Of a stretch of 64,000 bases of DNA, positions 30,624 through 40,920 are shown piece by piece. Below the pieces are notes generated by a model. The model had not been told where the DNA came from. It did no database searches and was given only the letters and a program-made list of their open reading frames with translations. The position numbers and the translations under genes were made by a program. The stretch is taken from positions 33,725 through 97,724 of IMG/VR virus record IMGVR_UViG_3300045988_117477; one strand, written 5' to 3'. The DNA is from a virus. Every line of letters starts with the position of its first letter. Position 1 is the first letter of the stretch.

Positions 30624-30979
30624 AAGTCATTGTCTTTAAATCCTTCCGGGTAATATACGACATACTTCTTACCGTCTTCTGGTGTCATGGCAAACTGCAT
30701 GTAGTTATTACGATTACGATGCTTGCCATCTAATCCTCGCTTCCAATACAGAATCCCATCTATATCCACATAAGATCGACCGCGTTCGGCTCTAACTACG
30801 TCTGTGTGTAGTAGATACCCGTCGGAAGACACGATCCATACTTTATCCCCTTTGTTTAAATAAGATATTCTTTTTCTTACAACAACCTTTTTCTTATTAT
30901 CCAATACAAATTCCTCATCAGTCATAATCTTCATCCTCCTCTTCTTCTGTTTCAAAATCAATTCCATAACACTGATCAT
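30620..30979 (-). CDS. Hypothetical protein.
   Basis: 119 aa ORF. Confidence 0.35.
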   Translation of the reverse strand: MISVMELILKQKKRRMKIMTDEEFVLDNKKKVVVRKRISYLNKGDKVWIVSSDGYLLHTDVVRAERGRSYVDIDGILYWKRGLDGKHRNRNNYMQFAMTPEDGKKYVVYYPEGFKDNDL

Positions 30980-31142
30980 AATGCTTGGTCAGTTCTTCTG
31001 GTTCTAAATCTTGTCCAAAATCCATGTTAAAAATATCGTAATTAGTAAAGCACTTAAAATCACTGTCCCTGCCGGCAGGAAATCTATGAATGCTGCTTTT
31101 ATTTCTTCAATTAGGCCCAAGTGTAACCTTGGGCCATTGTAT

Positions 31143-32843
31143 TTATTTTTTGTCATCTCCTTTTAACTTCTTTAAAGTATCTGCAATCGGAAGCTGATCA
31201 ATGACTCCCAATGCCGGAGCGACGGTCTTGACAACATTGTTAAGGAAATTACCGGTACTGTTCTGACCGCCGTCAAATACTGTGATATTTCCGAGGTTAA
31301 TGTGCTCAAATGCCTTAACCTGTTCTCCGGCAATTTCTTTCCACTGATTAACCATCTTGTACTGGATGGCGATCTGAGGATTGGATTCTGCTGCTTCCAC
31401 CATGGCCTTAAATCCGTCGGCTTCTGCCATTAACGACTTTTTCTTACCTTCGGCTTCTGCCTCCAGCTTCATCTGAATAGCTTTTGCCTCCGCCTCAGCT
31501 TTTGCCAAATGTGCTGCTGCCTCAGCCTCAGCCCGGCGTTTGATCTTCTCGGCCTCGGCATCAGCTTGCAAGATAGCCTCTTCCTTCTGGGTTTCAGCCG
31601 GCACAATCTTTTCAGCCTTAAGCGCAGCCTGAACTTTCTTAGCCTTAGCTTCTTCCACTTCTTTTTCGGCAAGCTCTTTTGCTGTTTTTACAGCCGCTTC
31701 CGATTTAACTTTTTCTTCTCCGGCCTTCTTCTCTGATTGAGCTTTGATGATCTGTAGTTCTGATACTGACACAGCAACCTCCTTCTGGGCATTGTTGTAT
31801 CCTATAGACGCATTTTTCTCAGCCTCAGCCTTCTTAATCTGAGCTTCAGAGTCTTGTATTGCTATAGCTGCTTCCTTGTCAGCTTCAGCCTTATTCTTTC
31901 CGACTTCTTCCATTCTTTCAGCCTCGGCTTTATTTACTTCAAGTTCTGCCTTAGATCTTACGATCGCCGATTCCTTGTCGGTTAAAGTTTTTGCGATAAC
32001 CGCAGCCCTGTCTCTATCTGCTTGAGCTACACCGATCTGTTTCTCTTTATCGGTTAAAGCTAAAGCTATTTCTTTTTCTTTCTTCGTTTCAGCTACTATT
32101 GTCTCCTTTTCTTTTTCAGTACAAGCAATTTGAATCTCTTGTTCTTTTTTGGTATTAGCCACAGCCGTTTCTTTTTCCTTCTGCTGTACAGCAATTTTAA
32201 TAGCACCCAGCTTCTCCTGTTCTTCGATATTAGCCTGTGCCTCGTTCAGAGCCCTACTTTCAGCTTCCTTACCAAGGTTCATAATATAACCGGCTTCATC
32301 TCTGATGTCACTGATGTTGATGTTCAGGAGGTAAAGACCTAACTTGTTAAGCTCGTTATCAATGTTCTTTCTCGCCTTATCCAAAAACTCATCCCTGTCA
32401 GAATTAAGTTTTTCGATTGTCATTTCAGCAATAATCAAACGCATCTGACCGTAAACGATGTCCGTAATAAGATTTTCAGTAGATTCGGTATCCATCCCCA
32501 AAAGTCTTTCTGCCGCATTTTGCATGATTTCGGGATTTGTACTGATAGCTACTGTAATGGTCGTAGGTACATCTACTCTAATATTCTGAGATGACAAAGC
32601 ACCGGTAAGCTTGCAATCTATTTGCATAGGCTCCATTGACAAAACATCATAGCTTTGAATAATAGGCAAGACAAATGCCGCTCCACCATGATATAATTTC
32701 GCCGATTTCTTTTCCCCACCTGTCTTACCGTAAACGACCAAGACCTGATTAGGCTTACATCTACGATACCTTGATAAGACTCCGATGATTGTCAAAATAA
32801 TCACTACAGCTAAGATAGCTGACACGTACATGATTGTTGTCAT
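31143..32843 (-). CDS. Flotillin-like SPFH / band-7 domain protein (YqiK-like).
   Basis: N-terminal transmembrane helix, SPFH core, then a long Ala/Glu/Lys-rich coiled coil (EA repeats). Confidence 0.7.
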   Translation of the reverse strand: MTTIMYVSAILAVVIILTIIGVLSRYRRCKPNQVLVVYGKTGGEKKSAKLYHGGAAFVLPIIQSYDVLSMEPMQIDCKLTGALSSQNIRVDVPTTITVAISTNPEIMQNAAERLLGMDTESTENLITDIVYGQMRLIIAEMTIEKLNSDRDEFLDKARKNIDNELNKLGLYLLNINISDIRDEAGYIMNLGKEAESRALNEAQANIEEQEKLGAIKIAVQQKEKETAVANTKKEQEIQIACTEKEKETIVAETKKEKEIALALTDKEKQIGVAQADRDRAAVIAKTLTDKESAIVRSKAELEVNKAEAERMEEVGKNKAEADKEAAIAIQDSEAQIKKAEAEKNASIGYNNAQKEVAVSVSELQIIKAQSEKKAGEEKVKSEAAVKTAKELAEKEVEEAKAKKVQAALKAEKIVPAETQKEEAILQADAEAEKIKRRAEAEAAAHLAKAEAEAKAIQMKLEAEAEGKKKSLMAEADGFKAMVEAAESNPQIAIQYKMVNQWKEIAGEQVKAFEHINLGNITVFDGGQNSTGNFLNNVVKTVAPALGVIDQLPIADTLKKLKGDDKK

Positions 32844-32874
32844 AACTTTTAAAATTTAATTGTTGATAAAAAAA

Positions 32875-33369
32875 TTAGATACTTAATTCTCCTTCTTCAT
32901 ATTTTATATTCACCTTGTCACCGTTTTTGTAGGTTTTTCCAGACAAGCATCTTACTCTCATTTGCTCTTGTCTTCCATTTTTCGAAATATTTACCATATA
33001 ATGATTCTTCCCCGATCTAAACACTATCTCCACCTCTCTGCCATTTAAATCTTCCGGACATTCGTACACCATTTCTTGTTTTAACTTAAGAAGTAATTTA
33101 TATACGTAAAACAAAACGATAAAGAAAAACGACCCTATCACAACCCCTACTAAATGAGAACCCGAAAAGTAGGTAGTCCAGCTATATCCAAGGATGAAAT
33201 GTGTTATGCCCTTGAATGATATGATGTCCGACAAAGACATGCTTAAATCAGAAGCACTGTCAATGTCAATATCCGTATCCAGATCGGATCCTAATATCGA
33301 CAACAAAAACTGTATAACAAAAGCAAATGACGCTATTAAAGCCATGCATAAAATTATGTCACTTCCCAT
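32875..33369 (-). CDS. NfeD-like membrane protein (YqiJ-like). Partner of the SPFH protein.
   Basis: N-terminal transmembrane helices plus a C-terminal OB-like domain. Directly upstream of the SPFH gene, as in bacterial nfeD-SPFH operons. Confidence 0.55.
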   Translation of the reverse strand: MGSDIILCMALIASFAFVIQFLLSILGSDLDTDIDIDSASDLSMSLSDIISFKGITHFILGYSWTTYFSGSHLVGVVIGSFFFIVLFYVYKLLLKLKQEMVYECPEDLNGREVEIVFRSGKNHYMVNISKNGRQEQMRVRCLSGKTYKNGDKVNIKYEEGELSI

Positions 33370-33610
33370 ACCCTTCTGTTATTATTTTGTAAACAAGATC
33401 AGTCATATCTTTGATGGTTTCCACATCATAATCAATAATAACAATATTGAATTTTTGTTCCACCATCACATCAAGCTCAATTCGATCAACAGAATCTAAT
33501 CCAAGTTCTTTAAACGTCACATCTTCTTCATGAACTATATCTATTTCCGAATTAAGAAACTGAGTAATAATTATATCCTCTATTATCTTTCTGATTCTTA
33601 CTTTTTCCAT
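33359..33610 (-). CDS. Acyl carrier protein.
   Basis: LGLDSVDRIELDVMVEQKF matches the ACP phosphopantetheine-attachment motif (DSxD / helix II). Confidence 0.6.
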   Translation of the reverse strand: MEKVRIRKIIEDIIITQFLNSEIDIVHEEDVTFKELGLDSVDRIELDVMVEQKFNIVIIDYDVETIKDMTDLVYKIITEGYGK

Positions 33611-34311
33611 TGCTTTCTAATTTTGTTAAATAAGTATGTTTTTATGTTTTTCAATCTCTCTTTGTCTGTTTCAGAACTTCCGGTAAATAAATAATCCGGA
33701 TTGCCTTTAGCCGGCGGCGTAGGCAATTTAGATACGGCAAACAACCAATCCATTTCCTTATTCTTCTTAGACTCCAAATAAGGCTCGGTAGCGATCTTAA
33801 ATTTTTCAGCTATTAAGTCAAAGAGCTTTGAATTTTTAAGGTTCATATGAACTGAAAAAGCTTGAGAAGGCGGTTTCCATATGAAGTTACATAAGCTCAT
33901 TGTATAATCTCCTGACTCTGCTATATAAGATTCCGTTACCTGAAGTATGACCTCTTTCTTGAATGAGGTGTTACCCATAAACCAACACAATCTGGATTCT
34001 GCTTCTTTTCTGCTGACACCTATGTCTTTTGAATATGATTCGTACATTCCTATCATAATCTTCAACGTTTCCAGAACCTCGTCTGTCATTTCCGGTGTCT
34101 CTATATAATTCACAAAAGACGTTCCCTTGTTGGTCAATCTCATCACGCCTGATTTTAATTTCTCAACCAGGCCAAGCTCTATATACCTCCCAGCATCTTC
34201 TTCCGGCATGGCTTCGATCATAACCGAATCCTTCTGTCTTATGGCAAGAAGATTGGCAAGATCATTAGGAGTCATGTCTGATGCTGCAAGTTGTCTGAAA
34301 TTGATGTACAT
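33598..34311 (-). CDS. Hypothetical protein. Translationally coupled upstream of the ACP gene.
   Basis: 237 aa ORF whose start and stop overlap its neighbours. Confidence 0.4.
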   Translation of the reverse strand: MYINFRQLAASDMTPNDLANLLAIRQKDSVMIEAMPEEDAGRYIELGLVEKLKSGVMRLTNKGTSFVNYIETPEMTDEVLETLKIMIGMYESYSKDIGVSRKEAESRLCWFMGNTSFKKEVILQVTESYIAESGDYTMSLCNFIWKPPSQAFSVHMNLKNSKLFDLIAEKFKIATEPYLESKKNKEMDWLFAVSKLPTPPAKGNPDYLFTGSSETDKERLKNIKTYLFNKIRKQWKK

Positions 34312-34313
34312 TC

Positions 34314-34511
34314 TTAATCAGCTTTAATAAAAATAACATTCTTGTTATCTTGTCTATCAACATGTCCACATGGACCAATAATTATGTCTGTACATGAACA
34401 AGAATCGTAATCTTCGAATATACACCTATCGCATGTATCACCTTCCACACATTTTAATCTTACAAGTCCGGCAGTAAATACTTCTCCTACTTTAAATTCC
34501 TTCTTTTCCAT
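34314..34511 (-). CDS. Small Cys-rich protein.
   Basis: CDRC...CSCTD...CGH. Confidence 0.3.
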   Translation of the reverse strand: MEKKEFKVGEVFTAGLVRLKCVEGDTCDRCIFEDYDSCSCTDIIIGPCGHVDRQDNKNVIFIKAD

Positions 34512-34526
34512 ATTCCCTCCTTGTTT

Positions 34527-35129
34527 TTAACTGTTGTACCCTTCTTTAATAATCGAATTTCTACCGGTAGATACCGACTGTCGAAGATCGTCATGTACAG
34601 AATCTACCGTAGAATACTTGTTTCTGGTTGTAAAAATCACTTCCAGCATCTCCTTGTAATCACCTAAAGCTACTTCGTATCTCGGATCTACTTTGGCTTT
34701 TCTTTCGGCCTCGGCATTACTTTTAGCCAGTTCTCGGTCGAGGAGGTCTTCTTTGATTCGGTCAGCAATCATATCAAGTTCTTTTTTAATAACTTCTCCT
34801 GCTGCCCGAAGTTGACCTTCTACGTCACCAAGCTGGTCTTGGACGGTTCCTATTTCTTTCTTTAAACGATCGTATTCGTTAATCATACCCATATCACCTG
34901 CATATCCGGAAAAGTCCTTGATTATTCTGGTTCCTTCTTTAAGGAGCTCAATGACTCGTCTTTTGCGTTCTCTGCTTATTAAAGACGGAAGACGATAATT
35001 CATATCCGCTACTGCTTTATCATGTATGGAGTTGATTAAAAACATCTCTCTTTCATCCCCTGCGAACTCAGTAAGAACCAAAAGGAACTTACTTATCAGG
35101 TATTCGTTTTCTTCTACGGTAAGTCTCAT
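34527..35129 (-). CDS. Hypothetical coiled-coil protein.
   Basis: 200 aa ORF. Confidence 0.4.
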   Translation of the reverse strand: MRLTVEENEYLISKFLLVLTEFAGDEREMFLINSIHDKAVADMNYRLPSLISRERKRRVIELLKEGTRIIKDFSGYAGDMGMINEYDRLKKEIGTVQDQLGDVEGQLRAAGEVIKKELDMIADRIKEDLLDRELAKSNAEAERKAKVDPRYEVALGDYKEMLEVIFTTRNKYSTVDSVHDDLRQSVSTGRNSIIKEGYNS

Positions 35130-35142
35130 ACGTTTCTTTTTT

Positions 35143-36276
35143 TTAATATACTGACTGTTCTTCCTTTACCTCTTGTTCTTGATCTTGATTGTTCGTAACG
35201 TCTTCCACAGTATAGAGCTTGGGCGGCGTCGGCGGCTGGTTGGGGTTCACGAACTTCGTCCCTCCCTCCCCGTACATCCATCCATGCCCCGGCAGGATCT
35301 CTGGGTGGATTGTATTAGTAAGCTCTTCCATACTAACTTGCCTTACCTTCAGTATATGATGAAACACCAGTCCGGCTGTCCTGAATGATGTTTTGTTTTC
35401 AGTTTTAAACCGGTCAAGAGTCTGATACCAGTCTTTCCCAAATATCATATACTTGTCCAGCCCGTATCTGCGAGGATTATGCAAACCTATCATTAACGTA
35501 CATAGTTGCCCCAGCGTATCAGACTGATAAAAGTCAGAAAGACGGGGAGGCTGCTCTTGAGGGCTTTTTATCCTTCCTTCTATCTCTCTGTTGAATTGGG
35601 ATATGATGAGGAAAAATATGTTTTTATATACTAATTTAGCCTCGTTCATAACCGCCACCAAATCATCTATAGCCGACTTAGGATCCAATCCCATTCTTTT
35701 TATCAAAGCAATATGATCGACTTTAAATATTATAAGACGTTTGTCTTTATGCTTAGTAGCTATATGATATACAGCCGCCTCAAACTCTTTTACCGTACAC
35801 GGAGCATCGATGTATATTATATTATTTCTGATTTCACCTTGAAGGATTTCAAACATCCTCATCTCTTCTACTGTATTAGAATCTTGCCTTCTTAATATTT
35901 CAGGAGCCCGCTTTTTCATATCCTGGCTCATTCTACGAAGAAGAAGATCTTGAGGATTCATTTCGAACTCGCAATTAACAAGAAAATAATCTTCTGCTTG
36001 CGGGTTGATCATCGGATTCATCACATTTTCCAGTATCTTTTGGGCCACATACGATTTACCTACAGATGGCCGGGCTCCTATGGCAATAGCATGTTGGGGA
36101 AAAATACCTCCAAGCAAAGCCTCATCAATATAATCGTATCCGGTTTTAGCGGGGATAAGCTCTCCCCGCCTGTATTTCAAGATATTCTCATACGCCTCTT
36201 CCATAACCTGTTTAGAGGTTTTGAATATCCTTCTTATATCTATCCTATTTGCTATCTCCTCTTGCATTTTTGTCAC
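35143..36276 (-). CDS. DnaB-like replicative helicase C-terminal domain protein (RecA-fold ATPase).
   Basis: Walker A GARPSVGKS and Walker B-like IIFKVDH. Position next to the primase-like gene. Confidence 0.55.
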   Translation of the reverse strand: MTKMQEEIANRIDIRRIFKTSKQVMEEAYENILKYRRGELIPAKTGYDYIDEALLGGIFPQHAIAIGARPSVGKSYVAQKILENVMNPMINPQAEDYFLVNCEFEMNPQDLLLRRMSQDMKKRAPEILRRQDSNTVEEMRMFEILQGEIRNNIIYIDAPCTVKEFEAAVYHIATKHKDKRLIIFKVDHIALIKRMGLDPKSAIDDLVAVMNEAKLVYKNIFFLIISQFNREIEGRIKSPQEQPPRLSDFYQSDTLGQLCTLMIGLHNPRRYGLDKYMIFGKDWYQTLDRFKTENKTSFRTAGLVFHHILKVRQVSMEELTNTIHPEILPGHGWMYGEGGTKFVNPNQPPTPPKLYTVEDVTNNQDQEQEVKEEQSVY

Positions 36277-36523
36277 CTTTTGTATCCGATTTGGATCCCC
36301 TATTAGCTTTTACTGATTTATACCTAAGACCGTTCTTGGTATGAGAACAATCCTTGCCTTTTCTCCAGCCCTTACCCTTCTTCTTGTCCGTTTCGTAATT
36401 TTTACGACCAAGCTCTCGGCGTTTGGCTTTCTGTTCCGGTCTGGCATTTATCTCCTTGTCCTTTTTAGCCTTTTTCTTCCTGGCTTCGGGATGAGTCCTG
36501 TAGTACTCTGTTGATCTGCCCAT
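36245..36523 (-). CDS. Small basic (Lys/Arg-rich) protein.
   Basis: 92 aa ORF rich in K/R. Confidence 0.3.
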   Translation of the reverse strand: MGRSTEYYRTHPEARKKKAKKDKEINARPEQKAKRRELGRKNYETDKKKGKGWRKGKDCSHTKNGLRYKSVKANRGSKSDTKGDKNARGDSK

Positions 36524-36575
36524 GTGCTTATATTTTTTTTGATTAATAATAGCACAAAGATAGGCAATTCGCGCC

Positions 36576-37142
36576 CTATTTCAACCTGCCGTAGCTCATA
36601 TCAGGATCACACCAGACATACCCGTCTTTCTCATCATGAAGATACTCAGGACATCCTCTGCATGCGCTACTGCCTGACACTATTTGATTGTTTTTGTTAG
36701 GGCACTTATCTCCAGGCTTATGCCATTCTATTCTCGAACCTGATCGCTCTTTGTTTACATGACAGAACTGAAAGATTTTCCCCATCGTCTTCTCTCCGAA
36801 CATACCTATATGTGTGTACTCTTCCGGTATAGAGAGAAATTCAGATAAATCTTTATACATCCTTTCCCGTTCCTCCGGCGTAGACCATAGTCTGTCAAGT
36901 TCGGCATGGACTCTTATCTTAAGAGACCTCAGTGATGGCCCCGCAAGCCGGCCTTTAGCTTTTCCCTTATTCGGCCCTGATTCATGAACACCGACATAAG
37001 CGTTGCATGGTTTGCACATCATAACCATCCCTAAGCCTTTTCTGCTATATATTTTATCGGCATTTACCAGCTCAGTTTCTCTTCCGCAATAAGGACAAAT
37101 TTCGCCTCTTAAAACCCGTTGTTGGCGCTCATTAAGTTCCAT
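36576..37142 (-). CDS. Zinc-finger phage protein (DUF3268-like).
   Basis: CPYCG...CKPCN, then LAGPSLRSLKIRVHAELDRLW. Confidence 0.35.
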   Translation of the reverse strand: MELNERQQRVLRGEICPYCGRETELVNADKIYSRKGLGMVMMCKPCNAYVGVHESGPNKGKAKGRLAGPSLRSLKIRVHAELDRLWSTPEERERMYKDLSEFLSIPEEYTHIGMFGEKTMGKIFQFCHVNKERSGSRIEWHKPGDKCPNKNNQIVSGSSACRGCPEYLHDEKDGYVWCDPDMSYGRLK

Positions 37143-37387
37143 ACCCTATTCTTTTGTTTTTCTTTAAACTTTTCATACAAACTGCTTTCAGTTTCCATTT
37201 CTGATATCTCTATCTCTACGTCCTCTCTTTTGAAAATCACTTTCTTGGCTGTCGGATACGCACATTTAGAGATACGAATAGCATTACGAATAGCGTAAAC
37301 AAAATACGTTTCTGGTGACGATTCGATCACCACTACCTCATTTAAAGTATTTTTATAATTTTCCATGTTGTTATCTACTTGTTTCAA
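37109..37387 (-). CDS. Hypothetical protein.
   Basis: 92 aa ORF. Confidence 0.3.
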   Translation of the reverse strand: MKQVDNNMENYKNTLNEVVVIESSPETYFVYAIRNAIRISKCAYPTAKKVIFKREDVEIEISEMETESSLYEKFKEKQKNRVWNLMSANNGF

Positions 37388-37724
37388 TTATATAACCCGG
37401 ATGATCTTCACACGCCTCTTTGTATTCGATAAGAAACTTAAGAAATGAATCATAAGACCCCCATCCGTTTTCCGGCTCGTATCTCAAAAGACTTTTTCTC
37501 TTAGAGATCATAATACATATACCTTTTGTAAGTATATTCTTCATCTCATTGGTATATATTTCTTTATACAATTCTTCTGGTCTCCAAACATAATCGTACA
37601 GCGTTTCTTTATTTTCCGATACGAATATTCTTTGTGCCATCTTGTTCATGTTGTGGGTGATGTTTGCAACCCATTCACGATCCTCTTCTTTCTTCTTGTT
37701 CTTAATATAAACATCCAGGCTCAT
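37371..37724 (-). CDS. Hypothetical protein.
   Basis: 117 aa ORF. Confidence 0.35.
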   Translation of the reverse strand: MSLDVYIKNKKKEEDREWVANITHNMNKMAQRIFVSENKETLYDYVWRPEELYKEIYTNEMKNILTKGICIMISKRKSLLRYEPENGWGSYDSFLKFLIEYKEACEDHPGYIIETSR

Positions 37725-38715
37725 GATATTTTTCTTTTATCTTGTTACTAATTATCAAATCTGCCACATCATCTCCGTCTCCTACATTTTCAACATTTTG
37801 AAGATAGTCCGATACTTTTATCCTTGACTTCATCATCATCCCATCTATCTTTTTACTCCATGTCTCAAATGCTTGTCCTTTGTCCGGAAAAGCTACAGTC
37901 TTTCTATCTTTTAAAACATCTATCACTTCCGGCCTTAGATTCTGCAACCCACCGGTAGCTACAAATAACTCATCTGGTTTATTCACAGCGCATATAATAG
38001 CCGTCTTTTCTGATTCCACCAAATTAACCACCTTATCCGGATACTGGCTTAGAAGATGTTCTCCAAACAGGCATTGTCTAAACAAGAAGTCTCTTGCATG
38101 CAACGAGTGATAAAACATAACATGAGGCCGCTCATTGTCACCGTCTTTTTCCTTCACTCTTTTTACATCAATCTCATTCCCCTGGCTGTCGGTCTTTATA
38201 CAAAAGTCCATGATCTTGCCGGTTCTGCATACAAAATCTTTGTCTATCTGCCAGAATATACAACACCCTTTCCATCCCCATAAGTCCATTGTTCCAACAT
38301 GATACCTTCTAAATACGTCAGATACCCTTTCTTTTCCCCATAGAGACGATAAAAATCTAAATACGGTGTTTCTATCGTCTGGAACTACAGTCCTCTCAAA
38401 CTCGCTAAAAGGTATGTAATTTACAACGTCAGGATTTACAGGAGGACGATAAGCTCTTATGCACTTATTTCCCGAAATCCAAAGATCTTTGTCACCTACA
38501 TCCTTGCCGGTAGGTCGTTTATCATAACCGCAAGTTCGTTCATGATCGCATCTTCCAAACTCATTGCCAACGACCTGACCGGTCGCCACATCAATATAAG
38601 GGGTAAGGCACCGGCTTTTCCCGCAAGCCGGGCAGGTTAGCTTCAGTCGGCTCCTGCCAGGCCTGCGGTCAAGTTGAAACCGAGGTACGTTTTCGTATTT
38701 TCTAAAATCAAGCAT
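37702..38715 (-). CDS. Putative DNA primase (N-terminal Zn-binding plus Toprim-like domain).
   Basis: CPACGK...GRCDHERTCGY, then LVESEKTAII ... VAFPDKGQAFE resembling the Toprim E / DxD region. Confidence 0.4.
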   Translation of the reverse strand: MLDFRKYENVPRFQLDRRPGRSRLKLTCPACGKSRCLTPYIDVATGQVVGNEFGRCDHERTCGYDKRPTGKDVGDKDLWISGNKCIRAYRPPVNPDVVNYIPFSEFERTVVPDDRNTVFRFLSSLWGKERVSDVFRRYHVGTMDLWGWKGCCIFWQIDKDFVCRTGKIMDFCIKTDSQGNEIDVKRVKEKDGDNERPHVMFYHSLHARDFLFRQCLFGEHLLSQYPDKVVNLVESEKTAIICAVNKPDELFVATGGLQNLRPEVIDVLKDRKTVAFPDKGQAFETWSKKIDGMMMKSRIKVSDYLQNVENVGDGDDVADLIISNKIKEKYHEPGCLY

Positions 38716-38737
38716 CCTTAGCTCCTCTCATTGCTTT

Positions 38738-40054
38738 TTATATCATGAACCTTTTAGATATTTCCTCTGCAATATCATATACAACCGTATGATCCTCTTC
38801 ATTGTATGGTTTATTGATATTCAACACTCCTTTTCTCACTTTGAATTTCTTATCTTTTCTAAGGTGATTCAACATACCTTGTTGGAACACACAGTCCGCC
38901 TTTTCAAGTGCTACACTGTCTTCTGTCCATTCTTTCAGCGTATATCCTTTACTGCTCGTGCTTTTTGGAGAAAAGTTCATAATACGTGCATCAATGCCAT
39001 ACCATGCTTTAACCATTCTTCTTTCAGCTTCCAATTGGAATGCATATGATTCCCATATTCCTCCCGATTTAAAGTCAAGAATGACCACTTCTTCTTTTTC
39101 CACTTCTCTTACTTCCTTCTTCGGATCACCTTTTTTGAACTGTCCGGTAGCCCTTTGATACACGGCTCCAAAATAACCTTCTTCTTTGTATTTGAATGTC
39201 ATTTTAACCATCGCATCAATAGGTGTTGCTACAAGGTAATCCTCTAAAGAAAGGATTCTTTCTATCATCATCGGTTTCACCTTGTAATCAGAACAGAATT
39301 TGGCAAACTTCATGACCCTGACAATCATATCGTCAAGATCATCTATGCTATTAAAGAACCGATCAAGATTTTTCTTAGATATCTTCAGCTTGCCTTCTTG
39401 CACTGTCTTAACCACAAAGCTTCGATTTAAGACCATATCTCTACCTGTTAGGTACAATCCGTATAAGTAGTGCATGATCGTTCCCTTATCGGCTTCATAC
39501 TGCGCTACCTCTTCTGGATTGCGACCAAGCATCTTTATCTCTTGCTTCCATTCCTGAAGTGCTGTCTTATCATCTACATACCCATCTTTGATTAAAGTTG
39601 TTACCGAAGCATATATCTTAGCCGTCCCATCATCCATCTTTCTTACATAAAAACGATTATCGTCTAATGTCAATCTTACGAATTTGGGGGTCTCAATCTT
39701 CTTTAACTCATCACAGATATAAAACGGCTCTAATGTTTCCTGATTTTCTGTAAACGGATTCGAATCTTCTTCTCCAGGGTTAGGAGCGGCTTCCTCCGCC
39801 TGAGCTTCCGGTTCCTCCTTCTGGACCGGCTCTGGCTCAGGCGCCGGCTCTTTAACTACTGGAACCTGTCCGCCTCTTTCTGCTATGTCTCTGTTCTTTA
39901 TTAAAGACATAACCTCCTTCTTCAACTGCTCTGGTGTTTGGTTAGGATCTGACACCGACATCACAACATCGTTCATTCTAAACAACGTATTTCCCTCTCC
40001 TTTCACCATAGGTACAAACCCTAAATCTGTCAATATTTTTATTTTCTCTTTCAT
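38738..40054 (-). CDS. Putative PD-(D/E)xK-like nuclease with a Pro/Glu-rich linker.
   Basis: VILDFKSGG (DxK) motif. Low-complexity PAPEPEPVQKEEPEAQAEEAAP linker. Confidence 0.35.
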   Translation of the reverse strand: MKEKIKILTDLGFVPMVKGEGNTLFRMNDVVMSVSDPNQTPEQLKKEVMSLIKNRDIAERGGQVPVVKEPAPEPEPVQKEEPEAQAEEAAPNPGEEDSNPFTENQETLEPFYICDELKKIETPKFVRLTLDDNRFYVRKMDDGTAKIYASVTTLIKDGYVDDKTALQEWKQEIKMLGRNPEEVAQYEADKGTIMHYLYGLYLTGRDMVLNRSFVVKTVQEGKLKISKKNLDRFFNSIDDLDDMIVRVMKFAKFCSDYKVKPMMIERILSLEDYLVATPIDAMVKMTFKYKEEGYFGAVYQRATGQFKKGDPKKEVREVEKEEVVILDFKSGGIWESYAFQLEAERRMVKAWYGIDARIMNFSPKSTSSKGYTLKEWTEDSVALEKADCVFQQGMLNHLRKDKKFKVRKGVLNINKPYNEEDHTVVYDIAEEISKRFMI

Positions 40055-40236
40055 GATCTTCCTCTAATCAATTCTTCTTTAATACAATGTAACACTGTTT
40101 CCACTTCATCTTTATCTTTATCTTTCACTGCGATAGCTATATCCTTACCATAACTCTCTCTCTGTATGTGAGCATAAAAGATAGTTTCATTGTCAGCTTC
40201 TATTCTTATTTTATAAAGTTTTCTCATATCTGTCAA
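40051..40236 (-). CDS. Hypothetical small protein.
   Basis: 61 aa ORF. Confidence 0.3.
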   Translation of the reverse strand: MTDMRKLYKIRIEADNETIFYAHIQRESYGKDIAIAVKDKDKDEVETVLHCIKEELIRGRS

Positions 40237-40735
40237 TTATTTCAATAATTAATCTACCTCTTTCTTTAATCATTCCCCTGTTTTCCATATCCAGTACCTT
40301 CTTTACCGCATACTTCCACACAAAAGGAAATTCTGTTTCAAGTTTATCAAATTCCATCCTGTCAAGATACATGTCGAATACCGTATGCTCCGATTCATGT
40401 AGGAAAACTATATTATCCCTGCAAGTAGCAACCGACTTATATAACCTTTTCGGAAGTATGTGACATACGTTACATACTGTAGGAAAATGAATAGCCTTAC
40501 CGGTCATAGACATTCGAATAGTACTCAACTCCTCCAACATAAGACGAAAAAACCCGGATAAATCCGGGTTCTCTAACTTTTTCTTCTTGCTGCTGTTTTT
40601 AATGGATGTAATTCTGTCTTTTTTCTTCGGAGTCAACTCTTTGCTCCTGCAAGCCTGGCATAAGCCATGACTTCTTATCATTACTTTTCGTCCGCATTTT
40701 TCGCAGACGTATAGCTTCTTTTCCTTGCTTTCCAT
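40211..40735 (-). CDS. Zinc-ribbon protein.
   Basis: CEKCGRKV...CQACRSKE. Confidence 0.35.
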   Translation of the reverse strand: MESKEKKLYVCEKCGRKVMIRSHGLCQACRSKELTPKKKDRITSIKNSSKKKKLENPDLSGFFRLMLEELSTIRMSMTGKAIHFPTVCNVCHILPKRLYKSVATCRDNIVFLHESEHTVFDMYLDRMEFDKLETEFPFVWKYAVKKVLDMENRGMIKERGRLIIEIIDRYEKTL

Positions 40736-40920
40736 TCGAATAATAATGATATTATTGAAAAGAATAATCCCGCTGAAGCCAGTAGATAAGGTACGTTCAT
40801 TAATAATTTAGATACCTCGTCTGTCTTAATCACTATCAGAAGGAAAGCGCCTGCTGAAAGCAATGATATTATCGCCACAACAAGCGCTATGTTGGAAACT
40901 ACATCAGCCTTACTCTTCAC
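40681..40920 (-). CDS. Small membrane protein (two transmembrane helices).
   Basis: Hydrophobic stretches IALVVAIISLLSAGAFLLIVI and LLASAGLFFSIISLLF. Confidence 0.35.
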   Translation of the reverse strand: MKSKADVVSNIALVVAIISLLSAGAFLLIVIKTDEVSKLLMNVPYLLASAGLFFSIISLLFEWKARKRSYTSAKNADEK

